NCBI RefSeq assembly: GCF_006345805.1
Contig: NC_043015.1
Location: 15,128,001 to 15,192,000, forward strand
Length of the DNA stretch: 64,000 nt
Reading direction: 5' to 3'
From: Octopus sinensis
Taxonomy: Eukaryota
A program made the position numbers and the translations under genes. The notes beneath the pieces are model-generated. The model made no database searches. It saw only the letters and a list, made by a program, of their open reading frames with translations, and was not told the DNA's origin. Positions 36,033 through 49,225 of this stretch are shown here, piece by piece; positions within the stretch are counted from its first letter, which is position 1, and every line of letters begins with the position of its first letter.

Positions 36033-36165
36033 TCGCGACAGGCTTCTTTCAGTTTCTGTCTATCAAATCCACTCACAAAGCTTTGGTCGGCCCGAGGCGA
36101 TAGTAGAAGACACTTGCCCAAGGCGCCACGCAATGGGACTACTTACCACACAGCCACTCCCCCAG
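35755..36165 (-). mobile_element. Family A tRNA-derived SINE (head + microsatellite + tail)
   Basis: Reverse complement of the consensus seen at 37573-37985. Confidence 0.8.
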
Positions 36166-37139
36166 TAAGAAAATTTTAATTTTTTTATGTTTTTGGTAGG
36201 TAAGTGTTATTTTGTATTTGCTCCTATCTAGAAATCAAAGGAAATGACTACTTTTCCCTTCAAACTTTGCTTTTGTGACCTAGACATCAATGTTTTGAAA
36301 CTCACCTATTTTCCATTACATTTCAGACAGATTCAGCACTGAGCTGCTGAAGCAGAAATATCATTATAGCAAATATTCTGCTCAATACCACAAATTTGCT
36401 CATCAGTTGCTTGAGCATGTCCCTTAGTGGCTGACAGTATGTGCATCTCTGATCATGAGCAGGAGTAGTGGAGGAGTATTATAACCATGTGTTGCAAGGG
36501 ATTCTTTTGGGGTTTGAATAAATGTAACAAAAGCAAAGTTTGAAGGAAATATTAACAGTTTTTCATACTTTCTTGGGATAAGCAAATAGGAAATAACAGT
36601 TGCTACCAAAGGACAAAAATCACGTTACACAGTGTTATCAGTGATACTTATGTAACTGGCTACTGGTGATTTAGCAGCTGAAACAACAGGTATTTATGTG
36701 TGAGAAGTTGACATGATGTTTATATTTTTCTACCTGGATTATTGAAACACCACATTTATAAGTTAATAACGACATGTATTCTTTTAAGTAGAAACTTCAT
36801 TATATTTCATTTGTAACTGCATGCTGGGAAGATGTTTGTCTCTGATGTTACTGTTTTGCATTATGAGCTTTGCTTTTATTTTGATTCTACAGTCATTAAT
36901 TACTTTTGTTTATCATATCATTACTTTTTAAAAACAATTAAAATTCTTTTGAATGTAATTCATAATTACATGTTTGCTCAGGGAAATGGAACTCCATATT
37001 AAACTTTTAATTTACTGTTGACAACCACATCTGAAGGTGTCGGTTCCAGATAGTGAGCCGAGTATTTTTTTTATAACACAATAAAAGCTTGAAATAAACT
37101 TCATATAAATTTTAGCTTGTCTTGTCTTTGCAAAGAAGT

Positions 37140-37540
37140 TTCCATCTGTTTTACCTTTTTATCTTTTATTTATTCCAGTCATTACACCACGACCATGCTG
37201 GGGCACATCCTTAAAGAATTTTGGTTGAATGAATAGAGCCCATTACATTTTTTAAAGCCTGTTACTTATTCTAACGGTCTCTTTTGTTGAACAGCTAAAT
37301 TACAAGGATGTAAATACACCAACACCAGTTGTCAAGCGGTAGTGAGGGACAAACACAGACACAAAGACACTCACACATACACATGCATACATATACGATG
37401 AACTTTTTTCAGTTTCCATCTACCAAATCCACTCACAAGGTTATAGTAGAAGACACTTGCTCAAGATGCTACGCAGTGGAACTGAACTCAGATCCATGTG
37501 GTTGAGAAGTAATCTTCTTGCCACACTGCCACACCTGTGC
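37140..37540 (-). mobile_element. Family A SINE, diverged copy, head-to-head with the next copy
   Basis: Reverse-complement match to 37573-37985 with many substitutions. Confidence 0.7.
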
Positions 37541-37572
37541 CTATGCGTAAATATTAAGAATATTTACGCATA

Positions 37573-37985
37573 GGCGTAGGAGTGGCTGTGTGGTAAGTAG
37601 CTTGCTTATAAACCACATGGTTCTGGGTTCAGTCCCACTGCATGGCATCTTGGGCAAGTGTCTTCTACTATAGTCTTGGGCCGAACAAAGCCTTGTGAGT
37701 GGATTTGGTAGACGGAAACTGAAAGAAGCCCGTCGCATATATATATATATATATGTATGTATGTGTGTGTATATGTTTGTGTGTCTGTGTTTGTCCCCCA
37801 AACATCGCTTGACAACCGATGCTGGTGTGTTTACGTCCCTGCAACTTAGCGGTTCGGCAAAAAGGACCGATAGAATAAGTACTAGGCTTACAAAAAATAA
37901 GTCCTGGGGTCGATTTGCTCGGCTAAAGGCGGTGCTTCAGCATGGCCACAGTCAAATGACTGAAACAAGTAAAAGAGTGAAAGAG
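37573..37985 (+). mobile_element. Family A tRNA-derived SINE, well-preserved copy
   Basis: GGCGTAGGAGTGGCTGTGTGGTAAGTAGCTTGC head, GGTTCTGGGTTCAGTCCC B-box-like motif, CTTGGGCAAGT CORE-like block, internal (TA/TG)n, GTAAAAGA tail. Many further copies or modules occur across the window (e.g. ~17545, 22490, 23020-23625, 24700, 33740, 34730, 41505, 48335, 49515, 50115, 57660, 59480, 60677, 62460). Confidence 0.85.
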
Positions 37986-38446
37986 TTTGTTTATCCAGAT
38001 CTCTATCCAATGAAAGCCGCTTTATAAAGTATAAGATTGTAAGTAGATAATGTAATTTTGTAGTTTATTCATCTTTAAAAGTTTTTCTTGTAATTTGAAG
38101 GCAGCAAGCTGGCGGGATGGTTAGGACGCTGGGCAAAATGCTTACCGGCGTTTCGTCCATCTTTACGTTGTGAGTTTAAATTCCGCTGAGGTCGACATTA
38201 CTTTTCAACCTTTTGGAATTGATAAAATAAGTACCATTTGAGTACTGGGATCGATGTAATCGACTTACCCCCTCCCTCAAAGTTGGTGGCCTTATGCCAA
38301 AATTTGAAACCAATATTTTGATGTAATTTAGCTCATAAAGGTATATTAATTAGGAGTAATTAAGCAGCTAATGGCTTTCACTCATCAGTAAATTGAACAA
38401 CCGTGGAGGTCTATATGATTATATACATATATATATATATATATAC

Positions 38447-38483
<37 letters not shown>

Positions 38484-38601
38484 CATACATACATACATAT
38501 ACATATATATTATATATATACATACATACATACATATACATATATATATATATATATATACATACATACATACATATACATATATATATTATATATATAT
38601 A

Positions 38602-38672
<71 letters not shown>

Positions 38673-39534
38673 ATATATACACAGAAAGAGATGACTGATT
38701 GTTGTTAGATTCCTTGGTTTTGAGATGAGTAAAATCTACAGTAAAAACTGGTAGATCATTTCTACATGACTACAACAAAAGTCTAAAAATGGCACCCAGT
38801 ACACTCGTAAAAGGCACTCAGCACACTCTGTAAAGTGGTTGGCTTTTGGAAGTTGCATCCAGCCGTAGAAACCAAGCCAAATCAGACTGGAATCTAGTGT
38901 AGTTCTGCTTGCCAGCTCTAGTTAAACCGTGCAATCCATGCCAGCATGGGAAACGGATGTTAAATGATGATGATGAAGAAGAAGAAAAGTATACAGTACT
39001 TGGATTACAAACGAAAACAATGAAGATGTCTTGTTCAGTATAGTCAGTCATTGTTTAATTGTATTTTATTTCCGTAAACCAGAAGCAACGTACATTTATA
39101 TAACTAGCAAAGGTAGTCATTGGCGGTGAGAGACACAGTTGTCAGAGGAGAAACTGATACAAGCCAGAGAATGACGAGGACAAAGCAGTTGGGGGTGTGG
39201 CTATTGATAAATCATTGTAACGCTGTGACAGAGTATTTAGTCACCTGCAACGGTAATTTTAAGTTTATGATTTAATTTGGTGTTTGTGATTGATGTTGCT
39301 TAGCCCCAGGTCAGCTTTCATTGAGCAAACCTACGATCAAAGGCATTCCAAGCATAACCATCCTGTCTTCTTTATACTATCAAGAACTACATTGTTCTGT
39401 GTTTGAATTGCAAGGTGTGATTTGAGGGGGATTTATCTCAGTATTTCTTTCAGTTGAACGACTTCGTAAGGGTTCCTCGTTGTGCTTCTGTTAGCGTTAA
39501 CATCGTTGGTTGCCGGTGTGGTGAAAATATTGGA

Positions 39535-39707
39535 CAATGCTCTGCAACCGGTATGCCGCGGCACACTGGTGTGACACGAGACGATGCTAGGCGTGCCGCA
39601 GTGTAACCTGAATATAATTTTCCCCATATACTTTTAGTTCAGGTGTGCTGCCGAATTTTGAAAAGAATATAAGTGTACAACAAGTGAAAAAAGGTTACGG
39701 AGCGCTG
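39535..39707. mobile_element. hAT-type MITE
   Basis: Imperfect TIRs CAATGCTCTGCAACC / GGTTACGGAGCGCTG (11/15); 8-bp TSD ATATTGGA (39527-34) / ATATAGGA (39708-15). Confidence 0.7.
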
Positions 39708-40499
39708 ATATAGGAGACTGTAACAGCGGCGATGTTACGAATGTGGATTTTGGTGGTGAAGTGAGATACTGGTTTTAGTGAAATAGCAGTTAATTACATT
39801 CCCCTCAAAAATATCCAATGACGTAATCTATTATACCTTTTTAATCATACTGCGAAGATAATTTTGATTTTAAACTAAACTATCAGGATTTCATAACGTC
39901 TAGCGTCTCATCAGATTTGCATGTCTTCTAAAATAGATGTGTGCGGATACATACGCATACACATATATAAGTATACACATACCAATTTAGTGCCCCTCCT
40001 CCCCACTTATTTTATCATTAGAATCCACAACTATATTTTATGGATAACCCCCGCCACCCTAATTTTAAGACTTTAAATGAAATAAATGAGCGTATAACAT
40101 CTTGAAATATTTTTATATGCCATGTTTTTATGAAGTAAATAATTAAATTTTATGTAAAAAAAAACCCCTTTATCTTACGGAATTTTTTCACAGAACTCTG
40201 GGTTTCCTCGGAACCTATATTGGGAAACAATGCCTTATGGTATACATCCTTTATATTCGGGTTAGTTGGTCACTTGTTTGTGGGTGTTTGCATATAATGG
40301 ATTTAACATGGAATTAGCCGTTACACACAAGACACCAGACTCAGTCCCTAATTCAAATCAGAGTCAATATTCCAACAGCGAAGCTAATGTACAGTTGGAA
40401 GAATGTGACCAGATATTGTTTTCTAAATTGGCCCTTCTCCAGACTCGTAAGGGGAGTGATTGTTTGTTTGTTTGCATGTATGTGTGTGTTTTCTGTTTT

Positions 40500-41100
40500 T
40501 AATTATTTAAATTGTTTCTTGTGAAGAAGGAACTGGTTTCTAACAAAGATACAGAACTCCATTGCTGGAATGTAGATAACAAAAACAATGTCACAATTTA
40601 AACCCGAGAAAAGTCTTGCATAGTTTTACTGTTCTTACGGATTGTATTTATATTGTGCGAATCGGTTGGTTGAGTTCTTTTTCTGAAAATTCAAACTTAA
40701 ACAGACTGACAGGCATTTACTTACAAAACCAAGTGCTCCACTTATTGTTGGGACAAATGTGTGTATGTGTGTGTGTGTGTGTCTTCTGTACTTAATCATT
40801 TAAATTCTTCCTCTAAAGAGGGAGCTGGTTTCTAACCAAGATACAAAGCTCCGATGTTGGAATGTAGATAACAAAAACAATGTCACATTTTAAACCTGAG
40901 AAAAGTCTTGCATAGTTTTACTGTTCCTCTTTTGCAGATTGTATTTGTAATGTGCGAATCAGTTTGTTGATTTTTTTTGTCTCTGAAAGTCCAAGCTTAT
41001 CCAGACTGATAGTTAGGCATTTACTTACAAAACCAAGGGCTCCAATTATTACTGGTAGAAATGTAAATTTGTAATCCGGATATAAAAACTGGAGGTTTTG
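40500..41100 (-). mobile_element. Two tandem 3' fragments of an RLE-type (R2/R4-like) LINE
   Basis: ~295-bp diverged direct duplication. The second copy translates LLQNLQFLYPDYKFTFLPVIIGALGFVSKCL, a typical restriction-like-endonuclease C-terminus. Confidence 0.6.
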
Positions 41101-43018
41101 AAGCAGTTTTTTGTTTTTTTTTGTTTTTCCAGTTTCAGCTCTTGAGCTGTGGCCATGCTGGGGCACCGCCATTGTGGTGAAAGAGTACAGCAGGGATCAC
41201 CACCCCCTGCCAGAGCCTCGTAGAGCTTTTAGGTGTTTTCGCTCAATAAACACAGTTGTCCATAATTATCTTCTTTCTCCTTGATTTTCAAAGAGATATT
41301 CACATCAGCCGGACAGCTGACCTCTATGACGGTCCATACTGTTTCTTGTCTGTCCCAAATACCGATATCCGAGCGGTTATGCTTACACTTGACGGATGTT
41401 TTGATGGGAACGTTCCACCAGTATTTCTTGCGCTGGTATTTGTATGAATACTCAATAACTATTAATTATACAGCTAACCATAACGTAACATAGTTTATCA
41501 AATTGATCTTTTACTTGTAGTCATTAGACTCCGGCCATGCTGGGGCACAGCATTGAAGAGGTTTTGGTCGAACGAATCCACTCCAGTACTTTTTTAAAAT
41601 CTGGCATTTATTCTATCGGTCTCTTTTAACGAACCGCTAAGCTACGGAGTTGTAAACAAACCAATGCCAGTTGTTTGTTTACACAAGATTCAAACACATA
41701 GATATATAGATATCTATATACGACAGGCTTCTTTCAGTTTCCGTCTAACAAATCCACTCACAACGCTTTGGTCGGTTCGAGGTTATAATAGAAGACACTT
41801 TCCCAAGGTGTTACGCTGTGGGACTGAACCCAGAAACAAATAGGCGGGAAGCAAACTTCTTACCACACAGCCAAGCCTATGTCTACGTGATTATTTAATT
41901 ACAACAATCATTGATTTTCTGTTCATTAACTTGGATTTTTTTAATTAATTAAAAAAATGAACATAATTGTAAGACAAATATATTTACATAAACATAGCAA
42001 AAGTGTTGTTTTTGGTGGTGGTGGTGGTGGTGATGGATTTATTTTATTATTAATAGTAATGCCTGATGTGGAGCCTCAAGTCGGCAGTCTAAGTGCCGGG
42101 GCTTATGATCCAAAACATTACAACCATGACCATTCCATCTTATTTTCAGAAATAATATATCGCAGACTAGATTATCCAATGCAGCTGTTATCGCTCAAGG
42201 GAAATTTGGTTGCTATTTCTTACAGGTCGAATGTTATGAAAATAGCATTCTCTCCACCTTTGGCCCATGATTGTGGAATGGCAGCGTTTAGAAAATTCCT
42301 GATCGTGTGATATGATGGTGGTAATAAAGATCGACACGATAATGCTGCTGCTGCTGCTGATGATGATGATGAGGAGGAGGAGGAGGGGAATGAAATGGCT
42401 TATTGTTAAATCTGACGCAGCTCAACCGCGGTGATAGACATGATATCGATCCCTGATAATATAATTATCATATAGCAATTACCATAATGACGATGATACA
42501 TCATTGACATATAAAATGGTGATAGCTGTCTGTAATACAGATACTGTTATTTTGATGGAGGTTTTTTTTTTAATGTTATTTCATGATAAAAGTCTACCAA
42601 GCACTATCGAATATTTATTGTTTGGAGGATTGGCTGTTGTAGACTGGCAAAACGTATTTTTGATGTTATAAAATAAATTAATTCCAAGATATTGCCCAGC
42701 AAAATGTATGTCTAAATAATTAGAGGAATTTCATGCTTTCTCATTGAAACGGGTTTCTCTAACTTGTCTTACATTTAACACGTCACTACAGTACTGCAGT
42801 ATTGAAATTGTCCTCCAAACTTTTAATTGTTCCACATTTCTTTTTTATCATTTACAGTTAAATTTCTTATCGTTTTTTAGTTGGCGTCTAATATACTTGT
42901 CCAGATTTTCACAGACGATATATATTCTTTGATTTAAGACTAAATGATGTATCCAAATGCTAAAGCTGACCAGAATAGTTCTAAGCCAGAAGAGGGAAAT
43001 CCAACGCTAACTTCAATA

Positions 43019-44141
43019 TCAATCTACATCACAAGAAATCGTTTCCGAAAACTTTGATTTTTCGTCAATGCAAGAACTTTTTCTATTAGTTAACAGAGGA
43101 ATGGGATTATTTTCCGGCGGCATTATGGTTGTATCAAGGAGTTTATTATAGTTATCTGTATCACAATTAGTCGTAGTGCAGTCTACATCACTGTCGGAGG
43201 AATTAAAGCCATTGTTAATATTGGTATTGGTAATTCTGCTGTGGGCAAGCAGTGGCACTGGTTCATTTATTTTCAGTCTATCATGAATTCGTTTATGTCT
43301 CTCTAGATTACTCTTGTGGCTAGTTGCATAATCACAATGTGGACAGTTATAGTCCTTTTGTCCATTATGGACAGACAGGTGACGTCTTAGCAAAGCTTTC
43401 CGACAGAATCGTCGCCCACAAAACGGACAGGAATAACCGTTGTGATGAAATATTGTGATGTGTTCCCTCAGAGACGCTTTCGTTGCGAAAGTGACACCAC
43501 AGCATTCCAGGACTTTATCGCAGGCTTGGTGCATTGTAGAAATGTGTCTTTTTAGATTGTTGCGTCTGTCTGTGACATAACGACAGTGTGAACAAGGAAA
43601 TAACTTACCACGAAATGTGTTACACACGAGCATAGCAAGTTCTAAATAGTTTCTGTTCATTAAAGGAGCTTTGTATTTGAAATAAGATAAGTCAGTTGGC
43701 ATACTGGCCTGCTTGAATTGTTGGTGATACTCCACTAGGCTAAGTGGCCGTGTATTGCTTGCAAGAGAAGTTGGTGGAGGATACAGTGAATATTGCAACC
43801 AAGCAGCAGGTAAGCCGAGAGCAGTGGGCAAAGATGCTGCCGGAGATATTATTGGAATGCTGCTGTGAAGGTAGTGACGGCTGCTGGAACCACCAAACGG
43901 AGTAAAAGAACTGCTTGGGCTTTTTGTGTTACCCTTATCTGAGTTTGAGCTGGGAGATTGTAAATAGAATCGATCTGTTCGATCTATCGATGCGGGTGAG
44001 TGAAGAGAAAGGCGATCTGTTCGCTCCATTGAACCAGGAGAGTATAGAGACAGGCGTTCTTTTTGGTCTGTTGATCCAGGCGAGGAGTTACTTCTTTCTT
44101 GAGACAAACGAGGAAGAATATTTTCTGCCCGAGAAGAACCA
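43019..44141 (-). CDS. C2H2 zinc-finger protein (4 fingers), main/terminal coding exon
   Basis: Fingers CSHC..HISTMH, CC..HITIFH, CPFC..HLSVH, CPHC..HKRIH. The ORF-track start at 44107 is TTG. Upstream are a branch point (CTAAT), a pyrimidine tract and a TAG acceptor at 44143-42, with the frame open from 44141. First in-frame ATG at 44029. Confidence 0.88.
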
Positions 44142-45490
44142 CTACAGAAAGAAAGAACGAAAAGAAGATTAGATTACAAACAATTAACAAGATTAAAAGA
44201 TTAACACGGGGTATAATTTGGATGTGTTTCAGATATTTTTTTCAACAAGGATTATCCATTCTATCTAAAATAGAGATAAAATCTATTATTTCTTATTATC
44301 TGTATTATTAAGAGCATCACCCCTAAAAATCTTTTGTGCCTCCTCTAATCAATTCGATGCAAAGTAACCTGGTATGACTCATACCAACGAAGCCGAATAC
44401 ATATTCTGATGTCTGGTCAAGTCAGTGTTCACTAATGTTGTCCTATGTTTCATGATAGTGTTAGCAAATATCAACTGACTGAAGATAATTACGAAGTCTT
44501 GTTTTATGTTAACATCTATATTCTAATTTACCTTGTATTTCTGGAAATATGGAAGAACAAGCATTAATTTGATTTTTTTTTGTATTTCACAAACACACGC
44601 AAATTAAATGAATTTGTATTTGTATTTAAAATAGCATAATGTGAAAAGCAACGATCAAAATCGGCAAGAAAGAACGAGAATAAATGAGAATAAGTTGATA
44701 AAATTTACGATAAACATAAATCAAAGAAAATAGATTGAATTTTGACAAATTTGTCTAATTTTCAGATTAATATCTGTAATCGTGTCTGAAGAGAGCAATA
44801 TATCTCTAATACAGAATCTTCAGTCGGTTCCTCACTAATGCTCGAAACTTTACCAACAGAGAAAATAAAATTTGTGTGAAAATAAAATCTGCAAATCAAT
44901 ACGATTTAAATTTAGTAGCGGATTATTTCCCTCGTTAGATGGTACTTAACAATCGAAAGTTGGATAGGCATATTTTTTTTAATTTGATAACTAAACGGAA
45001 ACCTTTCACTGCCTGATACTTATCACCAAGTCTTCGCTGCGATATGCTGATGTGAAACAATGGAAGAACGGCGCATACAACCAGATGCCTAGAGAAGCTA
45101 TTGCAAATGATGTTATATCAAGTGCTATCACTGTAATTGGAAGTGAAAGGAACAGATTACATACAACCACAATTAAGTTAATTCTAAATATGGACGAGTC
45201 TCCGTCAATGCCATAAAATGGTTCTGGAGCCAGCTGAGGACGCTATCTAAAACGAATAATAAAATCAGTCGCGACATCAAATGTATTTAATTATATTCTT
45301 TAAAAAAAAAAAAAATTAAGAAAGGAGAAATAATTCGATAAACGTTTCCTGTCATATTTTCCATTATTTATGTGACTTTAGATATATTTTGGAAACCACA
45401 TTGATATCAGGGACAACTTAATAGTAGACTGTAAAAATCTTATGATAAATGAAAGACATCATCATCATAAATAAAATATATGTGAGTGTA

Positions 45491-45554
<64 letters not shown>

Positions 45555-45726
45555 GAGGCGCAGTGGTTAGAGCAGCGGACTCGCGGTTTCGATTCCCACA
45601 CCGGGCGTTGAATGAAATTTAATAGTATTTTAGAATGTCTAATGGAATTAGAAATTATTTTTATGCATTTGTGTACATTTAAATTAATTAAATATTGTTT
45701 TACAAAATAATAGAATTAAAATTTCT

Positions 45727-45933
45727 TTGATTAAAACCATTTCTAATATGGAAGTATCCAAAGAGCATTTGAGGCACAAGATGCTTTATGGGTGCAAAAA
45801 AGGAAACTCTGCAGCCGAAGCAACTCGAAACATACACTCAATTTATGGGAAAGAATGCTTGAATGAAAGAACTTGCAGAAGATGGTTTTCAAAGTTCACA
45901 AGTGGAGATTTCAGCCTTGAAGATGAAGATTGA
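45727..45933 (+). pseudogene. Mariner transposase N-terminal HTH fragment
   Basis: From ATG 45748: MEVSKEHLRHKMLY..KKGNSAAEATRNI..IYG..CLNERTCRRWFSKF.SGDFSLED, a Mos1-like HTH; truncated. Confidence 0.85.
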
Positions 45934-46124
45934 ATAGAGACTGATTCTTTATTATGATCACGTGGATCGAACATAGAGGGGACAGCACAGGACGTTACAA
46001 AACAAAGATTGTGAGTTTGTTTGCAATAAGCGAATGAAGTATTTACAATAAATGTATTTGCAATTTTAATGAAAAATTTTTTTAACATTTTGGCCGGGGA
46101 GTCCACCGGCTACACCGTACGGAT

Positions 46125-46647
46125 TTACTGTGCATTTAAGCAGGGTCTCTCACACCCAACTTCCTCACCACATCTTTTCTCGTATATGCTTCGCGACAGG
46201 CGTCCTCTCTCCAGCCCTATCTTGCTTTTCAGATGATGTCTGAAATAGTAGAGCAAACCAGGCCTGGAGATAAAGGCTCCTGTCGCGACTCCCTTCATCC
46301 TTGTTTTCCATATACACTCTTTCAGAACGGCAACTGTGCATAACAAACTGGCCTCCCCTTCCTTTGACAGTCCGGGTGGCGGTACAATCTTAATCATACA
46401 TCCAGCTGATAGCTGTATTCTTCCTAAATGCGACAGCACGTGTTCCACGTAAACTATCAAGCCTGAAATTTCCGGACAGTGAACAAGGGCGTGCGGGACA
46501 GTTTGTTCATCCCGCCCACACCTTGGGCAAGCCGGTGGTACAGACATGCCGTGTCTGGACAGTTTATCACGAACAGGTAAAGCGTTCTTATAGGACTGCC
46601 AGGTCAGTGACTTCTGGTAGTTATCCAGGTAACCCGACCCGAAAGTT
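46125..46647 (-). mobile_element. Tx1/L1-clade LINE ORF2 C-terminal fragment (zf-RVT)
   Basis: Open frame ..TWQSYKNALPVRDKLSRHG..CPRCG..EQTVPHALVHCP..AVLKECIWKTR. Confidence 0.8.
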
Positions 46648-46741
46648 CAGCTAAGGATTAGAACTCATTCCAAACGCATAATACTATATGCTTTTTCTAG
46701 TGACAAACCGTCACTGATCTCGAAAAAGGAGAAACGATCAA

Positions 46742-46950
46742 TAATAAATCTCTGAGCGAGATGTAAACAGTAGCAGCACGACATCGTGAAGTGTATTTGC
46801 CACCTAAATGTGGCTCAGCCAGGAGGAGATGTCTTCCTGGGGCTATAAACAAACGTAGCATCGTCCTCTATGGGTCAGCCACATTTAGGTGACAAATATA
46901 CTTCACGATGTCGTGCTACTACTGTTTACATCTCACTCAGAGATTCATTA
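46742..46950. repeat. ~75-bp-arm inverted repeat with ~60-nt spacer (probable MITE)
   Basis: Arms 46742-46815 and 46877-46950 are near-perfect reverse complements. Confidence 0.85.
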
Positions 46951-47505
46951 CTGCTATATATATATATATATATATTATAAATCTGAAATGCGAAAAGTTT
47001 GTTTGTTTGTTTATCTGGTTTTGGCATTGAGAACGGGTTAAAGGCCACTAGATCCCGTCGGATTGACTCCAAAATTTACAAGGACATGTAAAATGAGGTG
47101 AGGATGTTAGTGGGCTACGTTAGAAATCCCCATCTTAAAAGGTGTCGTTGCTAGGGCTAAAAACTCACTTTGACAAGTCTACTCTCATTCTTTTATGTAT
47201 CTGTCTTCCTCCGTCACTCACTCTCTTTCCTCCCTTCCCATCACTTTCTATATATAACATCGTTTCACGGCGTCTAACTCCCTTACCTTCACTTTCTCTT
47301 TATAACGTCGTGTCACGGTGTTCTATATCTCCCCCTCCCCGCCTTCGACAGCGCTTTCACACACTCCCTCTCTCTTTGTTGTTTATAAATGGGAGAGAGA
47401 TAGATAAAGATAGAGAGTAAGAGAAAGCGAGGGAGAGTCCGAGAGAAAAGAAAAGTAAGAGAGTGGGAAAGTGAGAGAGAAAGGAGAGAGAAACAAAGAG
47501 GGAGA

Positions 47506-47825
47506 ATCATCATCATCATCATCATCATCATCATTTAACGTCCGTTTTCCGTGCTAGCACGGGTTGGACAGTTTGACCGGGGTCTGGGAAGCCAGGAGGC
47601 TGCACCAGGCTCCAGTCTGATCTGGCAGTGTTTCTACAGGTGGATGCCCTTCCTAACGCCAACCACTCTGTGAGTGTAGTGGGTGCTTTTTTCGTGCCGC
47701 CGGCACAGGTGCCAGGGGAGTTGGCAGCGGCCACGATCGGTTGGTGCTTTTTACGTGCCACCGGCACAGAATCTAGTCAAGGCGGTGCTGCAATCGGCCA
47801 CGTTCGGATGGTGCTTTTTACGTGC
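47506..47825 (-). mobile_element. RTE 3'-end-derived non-autonomous element
   Basis: Matches 26011-26420, including the (TGA)n tail and tandem units. Other partial copies at ~29740-29935 and ~38815-38975. Confidence 0.8.
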
Positions 47826-47892
47826 TGAAAGGAAGCAACAGAAAGTAACAACCACACTCTTACCCGCGCGTAGAGCGGGTCACCTTAAGCTA

Positions 47893-47973
<81 letters not shown>

Positions 47974-48211
47974 AAATAAGAAAATGGAGAAATACATCTA
48001 AATCATTTATCAACTACCAGATAATACCCAATCACATACTTTATTAAACCACTACATAAGAACATTAAGGTTAAACATAAAAATATATAACAAAACTGCG
48101 TACATGAATGAGTAATACAATACAATAAGTACAATCATTATAAGAGGATATAAATAAATAAATATAAATAGATGTATCCCATGGAGGGTTGAATTTGAAA
48201 CCCCTATCTCA

Positions 48212-48295
<84 letters not shown>

Positions 48296-48994
48296 ATGTA
48301 TGTACGTGTGTGTGTGTGTGTGTGTGTGTGTAAGAATTTTGGTCGAACGAATCGACCTCAGTACTTTTGTTGTTTTTTTAGGCCTGTTACCTGTTCTGTC
48401 GGTATCATTTGCCGAACCGCCAGGTTACGAGGACATAAACACACCAATACATACAAACATACATTAATACATGCATACATACATACATACATACATACAT
48501 ACATACATACATACATGTACTTATTAGTCCTATCAGTATCTTTTGCCGAACCGTCAAGTTATGGGGACAAACACACCAAGACCACACACACATGTAATCA
48601 ACGGGCTTCTTTCAGTTTCCATCCACTAAATCCACTCACAAGGTTTAAGTCAGGCCGAGGTTATTGTAGAAGGAACCGAGGTTATTGTAGAAGGAAACTT
48701 CCTATCGCACAGCCACGTAAGCGCTCTATAAAATAACCCCCCCTCCCCCCAGTTCAAATCTTTTCTTTGGCGGTGGCCATGGCAGCACCAGAAAAATACT
48801 TCTCAATCTAACAACTTAATCTACTTTCCATATTCTTGTTTCGACAAGGATTTTGTTTGAAATATTGATATGTCAATGGCAAATTGAGAAAAACAATTTG
48901 AGATTTCGGATCCATTTGATGGAGTGAAACACTTCAAATGTTGAGGTATGTGTGTATGGAGGAATCTGTTAAAAACACGTTTTATATTTTCCAA

Positions 48995-49225
48995 GGCGGC
49001 GAGCTGGCAGAAACGTTAGCACGCCGGGCGAAATGCGTAGCCGTATTTTGTCTGCCATTACGTTCTGAGTTCAAATTCCGTCGAGGTCGACTTTGCCTTT
49101 CATCCTTTCGGGGTCGATAAATTAAGTACCAGTTACGCACTGGGGTCGATGTAATCGACTTAATCCGTTTGTCTGTCCTTGTTTGTCCTCTCTGTGTTTA
49201 GCCCCTTGTGGGTAGTAAAGAAATA
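48995..49225 (+). mobile_element. tRNA-derived SINE (family B), well-preserved copy
   Basis: GGCGGCGAGCTGGCAGAAACGTTAGC head, GAGTTCAAATTCC B box, GTCGACTTTGCCTTTCATCCTTTCGGGGTCGATAAA core. Degenerate copies at ~5760, 9096, 17850, 20676, 20875, 21107, 22170, 24270, 25020, 34840, 38099. Confidence 0.8.

Noticed and set aside
44995-45214. ~70-codon open frame (+) and a strong-looking acceptor (-) near 45132
   Set aside because: No recognisable protein similarity, and no frame-compatible link to the zinc-finger exon could be established.
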